43,403 bases of DNA from a candidate division WOR-3 bacterium (GCA_039803205.1 JBDRYB010000014.1:4939-48341), one strand, 5' to 3'; shown: positions 8,889 through 18,723, counted from the stretch's first letter. Notes: a model not told the origin generated them from the sequence alone. Program-made: numbers and translations.

Positions 8889-11191
8889 CTCTTTTCCTCC
8901 TTTGTTTCTTTGGTCTCCTCTTTCTTCCTTACCTTCAAAAGCGCTACATTTGCCCACAGTTGGGCGGTTTTCATCATGGTGTCCTCCATGGTTTTCTCGT
9001 TTACAGGGATTTTAACGAGCTTCTCCTGGAGCTCGCCCTTTAACTCATCAGGCACATTCCTGGCTATCTGATAAAGGACTCTTGAGGCCCAGATCAGTCT
9101 CCCTTCTTTGTGATCCTTGTGATATATGTCCAGCATGGTCTGGACAAAGCCTTTTGAGATTTGGCTATTTCCTATATAGTGCTCTAACATTTCCGCAAAA
9201 CAGAGGGCTTTCTTGACATCCTTCCAACCGAAGACCTCGTTGAAGGCGCAGAGCGCGTTCTTGCCGCCCTTTTTTGCCTTGTTCTCTGCTTCCCCGCATT
9301 CCTCAGCGGCCCTGCCTATGGGGAACTTTGGCTTGAATATGGTGTAGCCAGCCGAGAGGTGAAGGCTCTCGCTGTTTTCGGTGTATTCCCAGAACTCCTT
9401 GTTTATCTCCCTTGCCTTCTCAATGACCTCGTTCCACGCGCCCACTATGAATAGGTCATCCCCGCCAGCATATACAATGTAGAGGTTATCGTTTTCTCGC
9501 ACGAGGGTGTTGATGTATCCGGAGAAAAAAAGGTCCAACTGCCTGCTTATTGACGCGTAGACAGATGGGGTGCGGAAATCCATTGGTATGCCCTTTGCCA
9601 GCAGATAGCCCATGCCGTCCACATCCATGCGGAGGGCCGCGAGGTAGCTGGCTCCCTCGGCCTTTTTGGCCATGCTCTCAAAGGTATCTGGCACATGAGA
9701 GGCGATGAACCTGAACCCCATAGCCAGATTCCTGTTTTCTCCAATTGGCTCAAGGAAATTCATGCCCCTTATCTTGTAGAGGATTCCGGTTTCCGGTGGG
9801 CTATCGGGCGCTTCTTTGAGAAGGCACCATTTCTGACCCAAGATCTCAAAGAATGGGCCGTCAGAATTCCAGTCCTCTTCTGTCCACAGAAGGTATTTGG
9901 AATCCGGCAATAGACCCCCTATGCTCTCGTGGAGCTGGCAATCTGGGCATATAGAAACCAACCTTTCGGTTCCATCCTCCTCAACCAGCTTGCCTTCGCT
10001 TTCCTTCATGGGTGCCGCACAGACGATACATTCGTCCTCGTCCGAAGCCAGCTCTGGCCATGCCTCCATTTCCGAAAACTTGCGCTCCTTTGCCTTAGCT
10101 AGCTCCTCGTGTATGTCTTTCATCAGTTTCCCGAAATTGCTCCCCATATCGTTGATGGAGGCCTCAACCTTTACCACGGCGAGGCTGAGCTGGCCCAGGT
10201 GCCTTTCCAGAAGCCAGGCTTCGGTTTCTTTGATAGCCTCTTTCAAATTCTCGTTGATTCCGGATGTATTGGGCGCCAAAAGCAGGAATCCTCCCCCTCC
10301 AGCGAAAATGAGGTTGGGCTCAGGGAGCCTGAGCCTCCCCATTATGAACCTGGCGATGCTTTCAGTTAGAAGAGAAAGGTAAAGAGAACGCCCCCTGAGC
10401 CTCTTGGCCATGCCGGTCTGGGCATCATCCGGAGACGCAAGGTAGTAAATGAAGTCCTGTATGCCGCCAAGGTCTCCACTTATGAGCATAAAGCGTTTAT
10501 CATTATCACTCTCAGCATTTCCGGTGTGATACAGGCACCAGGCTATGGCCGCTGTCATCCTGGCGTGGTCAAAGAGGGAAATGGTTGGATAGCTTTTGAA
10601 AACAGCCGAAGGAACGCACCAAGTATATTTGTAGAGAAGGTGATAGAGGGAAAGGAAAAAGGCGTCAAAGGAGTCTTTGGGAAGGTTCTTAGCTTCATCG
10701 GCAAAACCCTTCCAGATTTCCTCATAGCTGCCTTTATCCTCACTTGGTTTTATGGGGAATATGTTATCGGCGTATGTGCCGAGGGGAGCAAGGGGCAACA
10801 TGGGAAGCGAGTGTATGTCCTGGCTACACGATTCCTTTCCCAGGGCAGAGAGAGAGGAGCGCAGGCGAAACTCGGATATTTTCTCATCGGAAAAGAAACG
10901 CCTTTCCTGTCTTTCGCTTGCTGAGATGCGATCAGCCTTTTTAACGATCCTCGCTATGAATTCAGAAGGTTCTCCTTCATGATGTTCACGCACGATCACT
11001 CTAACCCTCTCTTTGTCCTCTTTGTCCAGAAAAGTCAAAAGGTCAGTGAGAGCCTTGACAACCTTCTCGCTCAGTTCTTGATGAAGCTCTCTTTCACCTT
11101 CATCCAAAGCCCTCTGCGCAAACTTCCCTATGTCATGCAGTAGCGCTCCAAGGAGGAGCACTTGCTCATTCTTTTCAAGGTTCAAAGCCAC
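8885..11191 (-). CDS. cas10: Cas10/Csm1 with intact HD nuclease and GGDD cyclase motifs
   Basis: 768 aa; GALLHDIGKF, ADRISASER, ISLFDH, GDLGGIQDFIY, LRGRSLYL, CxxC...CxxC, RMDVDGMG, YAGGDDLFIVGAW. Confidence 0.97.
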   Translation of the reverse strand: MALNLEKNEQVLLLGALLHDIGKFAQRALDEGERELHQELSEKVVKALTDLLTFLDKEDKERVRVIVREHHEGEPSEFIARIVKKADRISASERQERRFFSDEKISEFRLRSSLSALGKESCSQDIHSLPMLPLAPLGTYADNIFPIKPSEDKGSYEEIWKGFADEAKNLPKDSFDAFFLSLYHLLYKYTWCVPSAVFKSYPTISLFDHARMTAAIAWCLYHTGNAESDNDKRFMLISGDLGGIQDFIYYLASPDDAQTGMAKRLRGRSLYLSLLTESIARFIMGRLRLPEPNLIFAGGGGFLLLAPNTSGINENLKEAIKETEAWLLERHLGQLSLAVVKVEASINDMGSNFGKLMKDIHEELAKAKERKFSEMEAWPELASDEDECIVCAAPMKESEGKLVEEDGTERLVSICPDCQLHESIGGLLPDSKYLLWTEEDWNSDGPFFEILGQKWCLLKEAPDSPPETGILYKIRGMNFLEPIGENRNLAMGFRFIASHVPDTFESMAKKAEGASYLAALRMDVDGMGYLLAKGIPMDFRTPSVYASISRQLDLFFSGYINTLVRENDNLYIVYAGGDDLFIVGAWNEVIEKAREINKEFWEYTENSESLHLSAGYTIFKPKFPIGRAAEECGEAENKAKKGGKNALCAFNEVFGWKDVKKALCFAEMLEHYIGNSQISKGFVQTMLDIYHKDHKEGRLIWASRVLYQIARNVPDELKGELQEKLVKIPVNEKTMEDTMMKTAQLWANVALLKVRKKEETKETKEEKR

Positions 11192-11193
11192 GG

Positions 11194-12093
11194 TTAAACC
11201 TCCTCTATCCTGTATGTTCCAAAGCCAAAGCTGGTCCCCTTACCCACATGAATTATCTCCCCAGCGATCAGAAGGTCCCAGAGCTCGCGGCTGCCGCCCG
11301 ACAGCACCACATCGCCCATAAAGCCTTGGAGCCTGAGCCTCTTCCTCTGGCGTCCAGAGAAGCTTTCGTGCTGAACCGGGTGGGTCTCGTCTCTTAATAC
11401 ATTCAAACCCTCAAGGAGTTCTTCTGTTGGAGGAAGTCCGAGATTCACGCGAGGTTCCTCGTGGATTCTGATCAAAAGGGAAAGCCTTCTAATGAGAGAG
11501 GAGATAACGCCCTCCGGAGAAAAGCGTTTCATTAAACTCCCATTATGAACGATCCTGGTGGGAGTCTTGAAAGAGATAGCCCACTTGCCCTTTGGGCGCA
11601 TTCTTGCCGCGATGTAATCACCGATGCTCATAATAATGGGCTTGGCTGTGATCACACCGTCTTTATAGACCTGAAACCCACCGGAAAAAACCACGGGCGA
11701 AAAACGGAATCGCTCTCTTCCGAGCCCATTTTGTCCCATCCTTTCAACAGCAAGAAGAAGATTGTTGAAAAACTGGGTCCCCTTTCCCAAGAGGATAATG
11801 CGAAAAGACTCCCCATCCAGGGGCGGTTCTATCACATATGGGTGAGGATAGTAGGGATACTTGCGTGTTCCGGGTTTCTCCGGGTTTGGTGGCGTTTCAA
11901 ACAAGTAGAAATAAGCGCACTGCTCCAATAGTAGACAGGAATCGCATTTGATTCTTGGCCTCAAGCAGCTTGTCTTCTTCAAGGAGTGCCCAAGTGCACC
12001 CCTTATTGTGGAGCCCCTTAATTGACCGATATATTCAGCCGGAATTCCGGCAAGTTTTATTTCTGTATTTACGAATCTGAGGCATGCGTCCAT
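11194..12093 (-). CDS. cas6: crRNA processing endoribonuclease Cas6
   Basis: GSTIRGALG, Cys cluster CLRPRIKCDSCLLLEQCAY, PHPYVIEPP, FKTPTRI, C-terminal HVGKGTSFGFG glycine-rich loop. Confidence 0.93.
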   Translation of the reverse strand: MDACLRFVNTEIKLAGIPAEYIGQLRGSTIRGALGHSLKKTSCLRPRIKCDSCLLLEQCAYFYLFETPPNPEKPGTRKYPYYPHPYVIEPPLDGESFRIILLGKGTQFFNNLLLAVERMGQNGLGRERFRFSPVVFSGGFQVYKDGVITAKPIIMSIGDYIAARMRPKGKWAISFKTPTRIVHNGSLMKRFSPEGVISSLIRRLSLLIRIHEEPRVNLGLPPTEELLEGLNVLRDETHPVQHESFSGRQRKRLRLQGFMGDVVLSGGSRELWDLLIAGEIIHVGKGTSFGFGTYRIEEV

Positions 12094-12099
12094 GAAGAA

Positions 12100-12105
12100 A
12101 TTATA
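12100..12105 (-). promoter_or_regulatory. -10 box (TATAAT) 6 nt before the cas6 ATG; probable leaderless cas operon transcript
   Basis: Minus strand reads TATAAT-TTCTTC-ATG with no SD. Confidence 0.65.
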
Positions 12106-12205
12106 CTCTAGAACCTGAGAAATAAACCATTTAGTGATCCTCTCCCTCTCTGTGCTTATTTTTGATCTCCGGCATATCCCCCTGGTCTGAGAAGCGATGG
12201 GCAGC

Positions 12206-12609
12206 TCAGCTGAACAGGGCTTTCATGTCCACTACGCCGCGCAAATGCCTCACCAAAGGCCCGGGTGTGATGAGCTCAGGATGATGACCAAAATGCTTCT
12301 CTGTCCTGAGGAGTCCTACTGTATTTGAAAGCCAGAACAGGATGTCCTTCGTGTATCCAGGAGGTGCCCTCCCTGAGGTGAAACCGCTATGTGCACCACG
12401 GGCCAGTTCTTCTTTCTCCCCCTGAGCCTCTCTTCAAGGTCAAACCCGAGCATGAGTAGGCGCTTGTAGACCCCTGAGGGAGAGACATTCCTTCCTGTCA
12501 TCGCCCTCATTACCTTAGCCGTGTTCTCAACTGAGAGCCCCAAATACCAGAGGAGAGAAGCCAAGGTCCAGAGCCTATAAGAGTATGTGCTTTCTTCTGG
12601 TTCTCTCCT
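12206..12609 (-). pseudogene. Degraded transposase fragment (HTH of a DDE-type IS)
   Basis: Frame 12316-12564 reads LWYLGLSVENTAKVMRAMTGRNVSPSGVYKRL...WPVVHI, resembling an IS HTH and the start of the DDE strand; no good start codon and early stops. Confidence 0.5.
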
Positions 12610-12664
12610 TCATGCCCAAAATGATAAACCATGAGGTCAATCAGGGAAGTGAGGGATCACATAT

Positions 12665-13042
12665 CTACTCTACCCTCTTGCCCTTCCACTCTCCTATGTT
12701 CCAATCCCCGCGCTCGTTCGCTTGCCCCCACTTACCCTCTATCCTATATCCCTTATCCCTCAGGACAAAATAGCCTACTCCCTCGGCTTTCTGGCCAGCA
12801 CTGATCTCTGTCCATGTGAAGTAAAAGGTATCGTTCACTATCTCGCCGGTGAGCATGCCCTTTGTCCCTTTGTATTCGTATGTTCCGTCAACAACATTAC
12901 CCTTCTGAGTGAGCTCCACGGTTCCCCAGTTCGTGTCCCACCTCCCGGTAAAGCTGTCCTTTGCCTCCTTCTTTCCAAACATCTGGCAGGCCAAGAGGGC
13001 CGCACCCAGAATTACGGCAGGAAATATCCTTCTAGTATTCAT
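12665..13042 (-). CDS. Small beta-strand-rich lipoprotein of unknown function
   Basis: Start at ATG 13042 gives signal MNTRRIFPAVILGAALLAC (lipobox LLAC); FTGRWDTNWG...VDGTY...IEGKWG beta-barrel-like pattern. Confidence 0.75.
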   Translation of the reverse strand: MNTRRIFPAVILGAALLACQMFGKKEAKDSFTGRWDTNWGTVELTQKGNVVDGTYEYKGTKGMLTGEIVNDTFYFTWTEISAGQKAEGVGYFVLRDKGYRIEGKWGQANERGDWNIGEWKGKRVE

Positions 13043-13092
13043 AGTTAAAAAAGTATAAAGGGATCGAGCGGGTTCAAACAAGGCAGATGCCC

Positions 13093-14526
13093 CTACCTCA
13101 CCTCAAGCACCTCTATCCTGAGCTTGCCCACCACCGGAATTATCTCTGACTGCCTTTCTATCTCGCCTATTTTGAGGATGATGTGGCCGCAGGAAGCGGG
13201 AAACTCGCCGGCTATTGGATCGACCCCGACCCACATCCCATCAACAAAGCTCGCGTTCCAGGCATGATAATAAAACCTGCCTTCCTGCCACACGAGTCCA
13301 GCGAGGACAACAGTGGGTATCCCTGCGGCGCGGGCCAGCGCGCCATAGAGGATTGAATGCTCGTTACAATCGCCATAGCGCATATCAAGGACCTCACGGG
13401 CCGAGGGAACCGTCACGGTTGCCCGTTTGTCAAGATAACCAAAAACCCATCGCATTATTGCCTCGGCCTTGTCCGTTTCTCCGGAGATGCCTTGGGTGAT
13501 GCTGTCAGCTATCTGTTTTATCCGGGGATCATCGGCCTGCATGAATGATGTGGGGGTTGTGTAAAGGGCGCGGAGGCTATCCGGAAGCCCCTGGCCCAAC
13601 CTATCAACCATGGCTCTGGGGTCATCCGAACGAACCTCAATTATAACGAATCCCTTCCCTTTTTCCAAAAGGTCTTGAATCCCCAGCAGCTCCAGATCAA
13701 GCTTTCCTTCAAGGTTTCTGAGCCTGTATTTGATGCGTTTGGCTCCCCTATAAACCGGTTTGCCTTCAGGTTGGATGGAGAAGGTTCTCAGGAGGTCCAG
13801 GGGTGGGCCGGGTTCCTGCATGAGGGCCCTTTCCCTCCCTTCTTCTACGAAAGAGAGGTCCATAGGGTAATTCTCGCGGATTATTCTCCCCTTGCAGAGG
13901 TAAAAAGAGGTCACCGAACCCATGAACACGGATGTGTATTTGGAGGCCTTTACACGCTGGCCCATGTAATCCATGGTTGTATCCCCCTTATATTCAACGC
14001 GCGCGCTATCCAGGCTAAATGTAGAGGGGTCATAGAGCCATATTAGGCCCATGGGCGCCTTACCAAAGGCAAGCGCGCCTGCCCATGTCTGGGGCAGGAA
14101 TGTATTCTCGCGCCAGGGGATCTCTCTCTGAATAACTTTGCCCGAACCATCATCAACCGAGAGAAACAGCTTCTCCGCTGAGACTGTTCCGTCAACTATC
14201 ATGTGCTGGTCTCCGGTCTTCATCGCGAATGTCATCCTATCCATTCTGAAGCTGGAATCGCACTCAGCTGTGAGCTGGGATGTTATTTCCTTCGGCACCC
14301 CCATCATCGCGAGGCTCATGTAGCCATCCTCTTGAACGCGAAAACCGGAGCTGGTCGGTATCACCTGGAAGTGGCTGTGGCCTATCTTGGTCTCCTTTAG
14401 GTATGTGCTCATCCAGAGATCGAGCCCTGCCGGCAGCTCCTCTTGGCTTGGCGCAACAGCTGTAGCCTGTGGTTTCCTGCAAGAGGGCAATAGGGCCAGC
14501 AAAACCAAAAAAACACGCTTTCTCAT
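13093..14526 (-). CDS. Transglutaminase-like domain lipoprotein
   Basis: Start at ATG 14526 (MRKRVFLVLLALLPSC, lipobox-like); Cys-His-Asp triad motifs GDCNEHS, YYHAWN, WVGVDP; ARAAGIP. Confidence 0.88.
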   Translation of the reverse strand: MRKRVFLVLLALLPSCRKPQATAVAPSQEELPAGLDLWMSTYLKETKIGHSHFQVIPTSSGFRVQEDGYMSLAMMGVPKEITSQLTAECDSSFRMDRMTFAMKTGDQHMIVDGTVSAEKLFLSVDDGSGKVIQREIPWRENTFLPQTWAGALAFGKAPMGLIWLYDPSTFSLDSARVEYKGDTTMDYMGQRVKASKYTSVFMGSVTSFYLCKGRIIRENYPMDLSFVEEGRERALMQEPGPPLDLLRTFSIQPEGKPVYRGAKRIKYRLRNLEGKLDLELLGIQDLLEKGKGFVIIEVRSDDPRAMVDRLGQGLPDSLRALYTTPTSFMQADDPRIKQIADSITQGISGETDKAEAIMRWVFGYLDKRATVTVPSAREVLDMRYGDCNEHSILYGALARAAGIPTVVLAGLVWQEGRFYYHAWNASFVDGMWVGVDPIAGEFPASCGHIILKIGEIERQSEIIPVVGKLRIEVLEVR

Positions 14527-14611
14527 GCAGAAATTATAATCCGCGCCTCCGGCCAGGATCATCCTAATTCCATATCCTATCCAGAGACCGGATTGACCTA
14601 CCAAAAAACAC

Positions 14612-14693
14612 TAATAAAAAGACCGGGGAGCTTAAAAGCCCCACGGCCCTAATGGAGGTATTATCGCTTCGCTAGCCTTCGATCGCGAAGCCC
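14612..14693 (-). ncRNA. Putative stand-alone ~80-nt small RNA with an exposed anti-SD segment
   Basis: Own TTGAAA-N17-TATAAT promoter, 5' hairpin GCUUCGC/GCGAAGC, linker GAUAAUACCUCCAUUA, then an intrinsic terminator; no ORF. Confidence 0.65.
14613..14649 (-). terminator. Rho-independent terminator
   Basis: GGGCCG-U-GGGGCU-UUUA-AGCUCC-C-CGGUCU followed by UUUUAUU. Confidence 0.8.
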
Positions 14694-14697
14694 GAAA

Positions 14698-14726
14698 ATT
14701 ATAAAGGATCTTTTATGGAGTTTCAA
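14698..14726 (-). promoter_or_regulatory. Near-consensus sigma70 promoter
   Basis: TTGAAA (14726-14721), 17-nt spacer, TATAAT (14703-14698). Confidence 0.75.
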
Positions 14727-14791
14727 GCTCTAAGCTCCTGTGCCCCAAGAACCCGTAGGCTGTTGAGAGTGTGTGAGAGCTCAGCGCTGGT

Positions 14792-15391
14792 CTATCTTTT
14801 TCTAAGAACCCCCACATAGCTCCTCTCAAACCCGTGGACGGGGATTATCTCGCACGAAAAGCCAAAAGATTCGGCCAAGCCAGAGAACTCCTCAGGCTCT
14901 ATGGTGTAGATCTCAAGGCCCGTGGTTAGCCTGTGAAAGAGCCTTAGCGCTCTCGTGAACCATGTTGAACCCGTGAGGGTAACCACAGCGGCCCTCTCGG
15001 TCAGCTTATAGAGCTTAGCCATTGCCTCATCCCTGGGCCAAAGGAGAACGAAAAGCCCTGAGAGCAGGACGCATTCCGCCCCGCGCTCCAGATCGTAGAA
15101 GTCAGATGTCATGAAAGAGAGGTTTCTGATGCTGTTGTGCCTTCTCGCCATCTTCGTCATGGACGGCTCGGAATCAACCGAGATCACCCTTGCTCTCGGC
15201 AAGAGCAAGGCAACCCTGCGTGCGAACTTTCCCCATCCTCCTCCTATCTCCATTACCTCGAAGGGGTTAAGGTCCTTGATGGCGCGGAGGACTGCTCTTT
15301 CTGTAGCAAGCTTGAGAAAAAGCAAGGGCCAAACCAAGAAGGCTACTTCCCTGAGGCGCGGGGTTTCGTAGTAGTGGAAGAAACCTCTCAT
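14792..15391 (-). CDS. Class I SAM-dependent methyltransferase
   Basis: VMEIGGGWG motif I, VISVDSEPSM, FMTSDFYDL. Confidence 0.8.
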   Translation of the reverse strand: MRGFFHYYETPRLREVAFLVWPLLFLKLATERAVLRAIKDLNPFEVMEIGGGWGKFARRVALLLPRARVISVDSEPSMTKMARRHNSIRNLSFMTSDFYDLERGAECVLLSGLFVLLWPRDEAMAKLYKLTERAAVVTLTGSTWFTRALRLFHRLTTGLEIYTIEPEEFSGLAESFGFSCEIIPVHGFERSYVGVLRKR

Positions 15392-15440
15392 CTCTCGTTA
15401 GATAAAAGAGGGGGTTGGGGGCCAGAGAGGATCAAGGGCA

Positions 15441-17840
15441 TCACCTTACGATGACAAAGCTCTCCCTCCAGGCCTTGCCGGATGCTATCACATAGACCCC
15501 TGGCCTAAGATCCGAGACAGGGATGCGTATCTGCCCTGGACCATCAAAGTTCGCCTCTTTCACCCTCCGTCCAACTGGGTCATAGATGACGAAGGTATGG
15601 GAGCCCGAAAGATCTGCCCCGATCATCAAATAATCTCCCACAGGGTTTCTCAACAAGGAAAACCCTCCTGATTTTCCTGGCAATTCAACCACGCCAGGGA
15701 AGTCCCACCCTATTGTCTCAGCGTATATGTCTGAGCCCTTTGAATCACGCCAATCGCACCAGACCGCGGCAACCCCGGCCGAGGTTCCGACTGTCCCTAA
15801 TGCGTATGATTGTTTCGGTAGGGCGCCTCGGTCCCCCATCTCAGCAAAGCCGTCCCCTGGATTCCCTACATTCTCGTTGTATTGCTTTATGTAGAGTCCG
15901 GGGTGATTCAACCACCCATCCCACAATATGGCTATGCTGTCCCCGAAAGCGGCTACCGAGGGCCTGGATTGGTATCTCTCCCATGTCGCTGGGGTTACTA
16001 TGTCGGATGCTGGCGAACCGTCTGGCCGGAAGCTCCTCGCGTATATGTGTCTGATGTCCTCCCAGGCTATCGTGAAGATGGAATCCGTCGCGGCAACTGA
16101 GACATCCTGGACCTGATGGGTGGGCTCAGAAATAATCATGGGCAGGGTAATAGGAATGCCGTCGGAGCTGTAGAACCTGGCATAAGCAGAACCCCCCTGA
16201 ACCCAAGTAACGCAAAACCTTCCGTCGGCAAGCGCGGAGACACGAGGGTTGTGGACATCCCCTACTGAGGAGATGGTTAGGGGAATTTCCGCGGGCTTCA
16301 TCACGCCCCTTATGACCCAATCCGAGACCAGCTCCTCCCAAACAGCAACATAGCCACTGCCTTGCCTGACGGCAGAGGGTTTTGCCTGATAATTGACGCT
16401 GGGATAGAGCTGGAAATCCCCCCCGAGGAAATTGCCGAGGGTATCAGAGAACCTCCCGTATATCTGATAGTGACCGAGCCTGTTGTCCTGCCATAAGATT
16501 AGGAAGGAGTCAGCAAGCCCAACGACCGAGGGATACAGTTCCTTCCCAGATGTCTGAGTTGGGACCGGAAAGTCGTCCCCCGTAGGGCCGGAGCTCGTAA
16601 AGAGCCTCGCGTAGACATCCGGATTATCTCTGGGGCCCGTGTCGTTCCTGTAATCCGTCCAGGCGGAGAGAAATATCCTGCCTGCAGAGGACACGGATGG
16701 GGTCCACTGGGAGGGTTCCTCCGCGTTCAACATCCTGCCCCCGGAGGTATAGACATCGTAATCTCTCCTTCTCCTGTCTGTCCAGAATGGCACAAGACCA
16801 GACCCTTCCTGAACCACTGAGAACCAGAAAACCGAATCAGGGCTATCGTCTAGTCTGGCTGGCCCAGATATGAGGCCGAGGTTCATGTCAGTGGTGGCCC
16901 ACATCACCTTACCCTCCTCAAGCCATGCTATTGCAAATGTGTCTCCGGGAAGCCTGGCGCCTGTGAGGTCGGTTTTCGGGGCTCCAGGAAAAACCACGAT
17001 CTGGCCAAATCCAAGGGATGAACCAAACTCCGTAAATGCCTGGCCTATTATCCCTGGGCCTGGTCCTGAGTCGCTCATCCAGAAAACCACGAATCCCTCT
17101 GTCCACCGGAGGACGAGGGGGTAGCTTTGTCTCCCTATGTATGAAACCAAGGAATATGCAGAACCAACAGGGGAACCATTCTCGCGGAAGACCCTGTAGA
17201 AAGCATCTAGACTGGTGTCGGATTTTATGGCCTGCCACGCTATCATGACGGTTGAATCAGCCACACCAATGGATGGGTTCGCGTGGGCCTTGTTCGTGTC
17301 TTCCGGGACATTTATAACGAAAGAAGCCGCAGAGCCGTTCGGGTAGAAGAGCCTCGCGTGTATCCCTTCCATGCCCAGCCTCTCATCCTCCCAGGCTATC
17401 CAAAGTATGGAGTCCAGCCAAGCGCAGGCGGGGTTTCTCTGGTTGTCGTTCTCCCAGTAGTTATCAACCTGGTATGCCTTGAAGAGGGGTTCCCCCGTGG
17501 TGGTGCTGAAAAGCCTGAACCAGACCTTTGGATACGGTGTCCTCATGTCCTCCCAGGCTATAACAAACCTATCAGGGCCAAAAGCGACAGCCGGGTTGAG
17601 CTGATCCTCCAGGGTTGAATCCCTGTTTGCCCGAACATCCTGAACTATGGGGTTGCCAGTTGGATCGAAAAGGCTGAAATATATGTCCGCGTTCCCGTTC
17701 CGCCAATCCTCCCATGCCACAACAAAGGAACCATCAAGCGCCCTCGCGGACGCGACCCGGCCCTGCGCGGCTGATCCAATAAGGCCGACATCAGAATTGA
17801 GCTTGAACGCTCCCCACAAAGCGAGGATCAAATTGATCAT
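15441..17840 (-). CDS. Large secreted repeat (beta-propeller-like) protein with T9SS/Por-type C-terminal sorting domain
   Basis: Start re-assigned to ATG 17840 (MINLILAL); many F-x-x-AWED-x-R...DIY repeats; C-terminus LLRNPV...IYDPVGRRV...LRPGVYVI. Confidence 0.8.
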   Translation of the reverse strand: MINLILALWGAFKLNSDVGLIGSAAQGRVASARALDGSFVVAWEDWRNGNADIYFSLFDPTGNPIVQDVRANRDSTLEDQLNPAVAFGPDRFVIAWEDMRTPYPKVWFRLFSTTTGEPLFKAYQVDNYWENDNQRNPACAWLDSILWIAWEDERLGMEGIHARLFYPNGSAASFVINVPEDTNKAHANPSIGVADSTVMIAWQAIKSDTSLDAFYRVFRENGSPVGSAYSLVSYIGRQSYPLVLRWTEGFVVFWMSDSGPGPGIIGQAFTEFGSSLGFGQIVVFPGAPKTDLTGARLPGDTFAIAWLEEGKVMWATTDMNLGLISGPARLDDSPDSVFWFSVVQEGSGLVPFWTDRRRRDYDVYTSGGRMLNAEEPSQWTPSVSSAGRIFLSAWTDYRNDTGPRDNPDVYARLFTSSGPTGDDFPVPTQTSGKELYPSVVGLADSFLILWQDNRLGHYQIYGRFSDTLGNFLGGDFQLYPSVNYQAKPSAVRQGSGYVAVWEELVSDWVIRGVMKPAEIPLTISSVGDVHNPRVSALADGRFCVTWVQGGSAYARFYSSDGIPITLPMIISEPTHQVQDVSVAATDSIFTIAWEDIRHIYARSFRPDGSPASDIVTPATWERYQSRPSVAAFGDSIAILWDGWLNHPGLYIKQYNENVGNPGDGFAEMGDRGALPKQSYALGTVGTSAGVAAVWCDWRDSKGSDIYAETIGWDFPGVVELPGKSGGFSLLRNPVGDYLMIGADLSGSHTFVIYDPVGRRVKEANFDGPGQIRIPVSDLRPGVYVIASGKAWRESFVIVR

Positions 17841-17937
17841 GGGTAAATTATAATATTTGGCAGGCCTGGTTTTCAATCCCGCGCCGCGCGAAAACCATAA
17901 CTGGCACGAGGCAATTGCCCCTCGTTATAATTTGCCC

Positions 17938-18723
17938 ATGTTTCCCATACTCCTAAAGCTCGGCAGTATTGAAATAAGGACATACGGGGTAATGCTGCTT
18001 TTGGCCTTCCTCTTCGGAATATGGTGGACGGGAAGGGAGATGGCGAAGAAAGGCCTCCAGAGGGAAAAGGTCTGGGATCTGGCTCTGTGGATCATGATCG
18101 CGGGCGTCGCGGGCGCGAGACTCGTATATGTCTGGGAGCACTGGGCTTATTTCTCAAAGAACATGGGCGAGATAATCGCTGTGTGGCACGGGGGCCTGAC
18201 TTTCTACGGGGGGCTCCTGGCTGTGCCAGCCGCGCTCGTGTTCTTCAGGATAAACCGGTGGCCCTTCTGGCAAACAGCGGACATCATAGCCCCATCCCTC
18301 GCGGCTGGAATAGGCATAGGCAGGTGGGGTTGTTTCTTCAATGGGTGTTGCTACGGCAAACCAACCAGCCTGCCCTGGGGAATTAGCCTACCGCCCGGAA
18401 CCGAGTTCGGCCAGCTCTTTCCGGGCCAGCGCATTCATCCATCGCCTCTCTATGAGAGCCTCGGGGAGTGGATCCTGTTTTTCGTCCTCATATTTCTGGT
18501 GAGGAAAAGGGCACCATATCCTGGTTTCACATTCCTGTTTTTCGTGTTCTTCTCCGCTCTAATCCGTTTCTTCAACGACTTCACTAGGCACTACGCTGAG
18601 ACCGCTTATGTGCTACCGCCTCTAACATTCAACCAGCTGATAGCCATAGCTCTCATGTTAACAGCTCTAAGTTTCATAATCTACTTTGAGATTCGCAAGA
18701 GACGCCTTAGCAGGGCTTCTTGA
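17938..18723 (+). CDS. lgt: Prolipoprotein diacylglyceryl transferase
   Basis: MFPILL, TYGVM, GARLVYV, WHGGLTFYGG, IGRWGCFFNGCCYG, HPSPLYES; ATG 17938 lies 6 nt after TATAAT. Confidence 0.95.
   Translation: MFPILLKLGSIEIRTYGVMLLLAFLFGIWWTGREMAKKGLQREKVWDLALWIMIAGVAGARLVYVWEHWAYFSKNMGEIIAVWHGGLTFYGGLLAVPAALVFFRINRWPFWQTADIIAPSLAAGIGIGRWGCFFNGCCYGKPTSLPWGISLPPGTEFGQLFPGQRIHPSPLYESLGEWILFFVLIFLVRKRAPYPGFTFLFFVFFSALIRFFNDFTRHYAETAYVLPPLTFNQLIAIALMLTALSFIIYFEIRKRRLSRAS

Noticed and set aside
8889..8957. Longer Csm2 start in the ORF track (likewise extended starts at 13081, 14604, 17876, 17857, 23729, 25200, 26382, 31909, 32334)
   Set aside because: Downstream starts fit SD or -10 position, stop/start overlaps and family N-termini better
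12665..15391. Lipoprotein, transglutaminase and methyltransferase as novel type III effectors (e.g. SAM-linked signalling)
   Set aside because: Each appears separately promoted, two are predicted exported, none has a recognisable nucleotide-sensing domain, and an IS scar separates them from cas6; proximity is the only support
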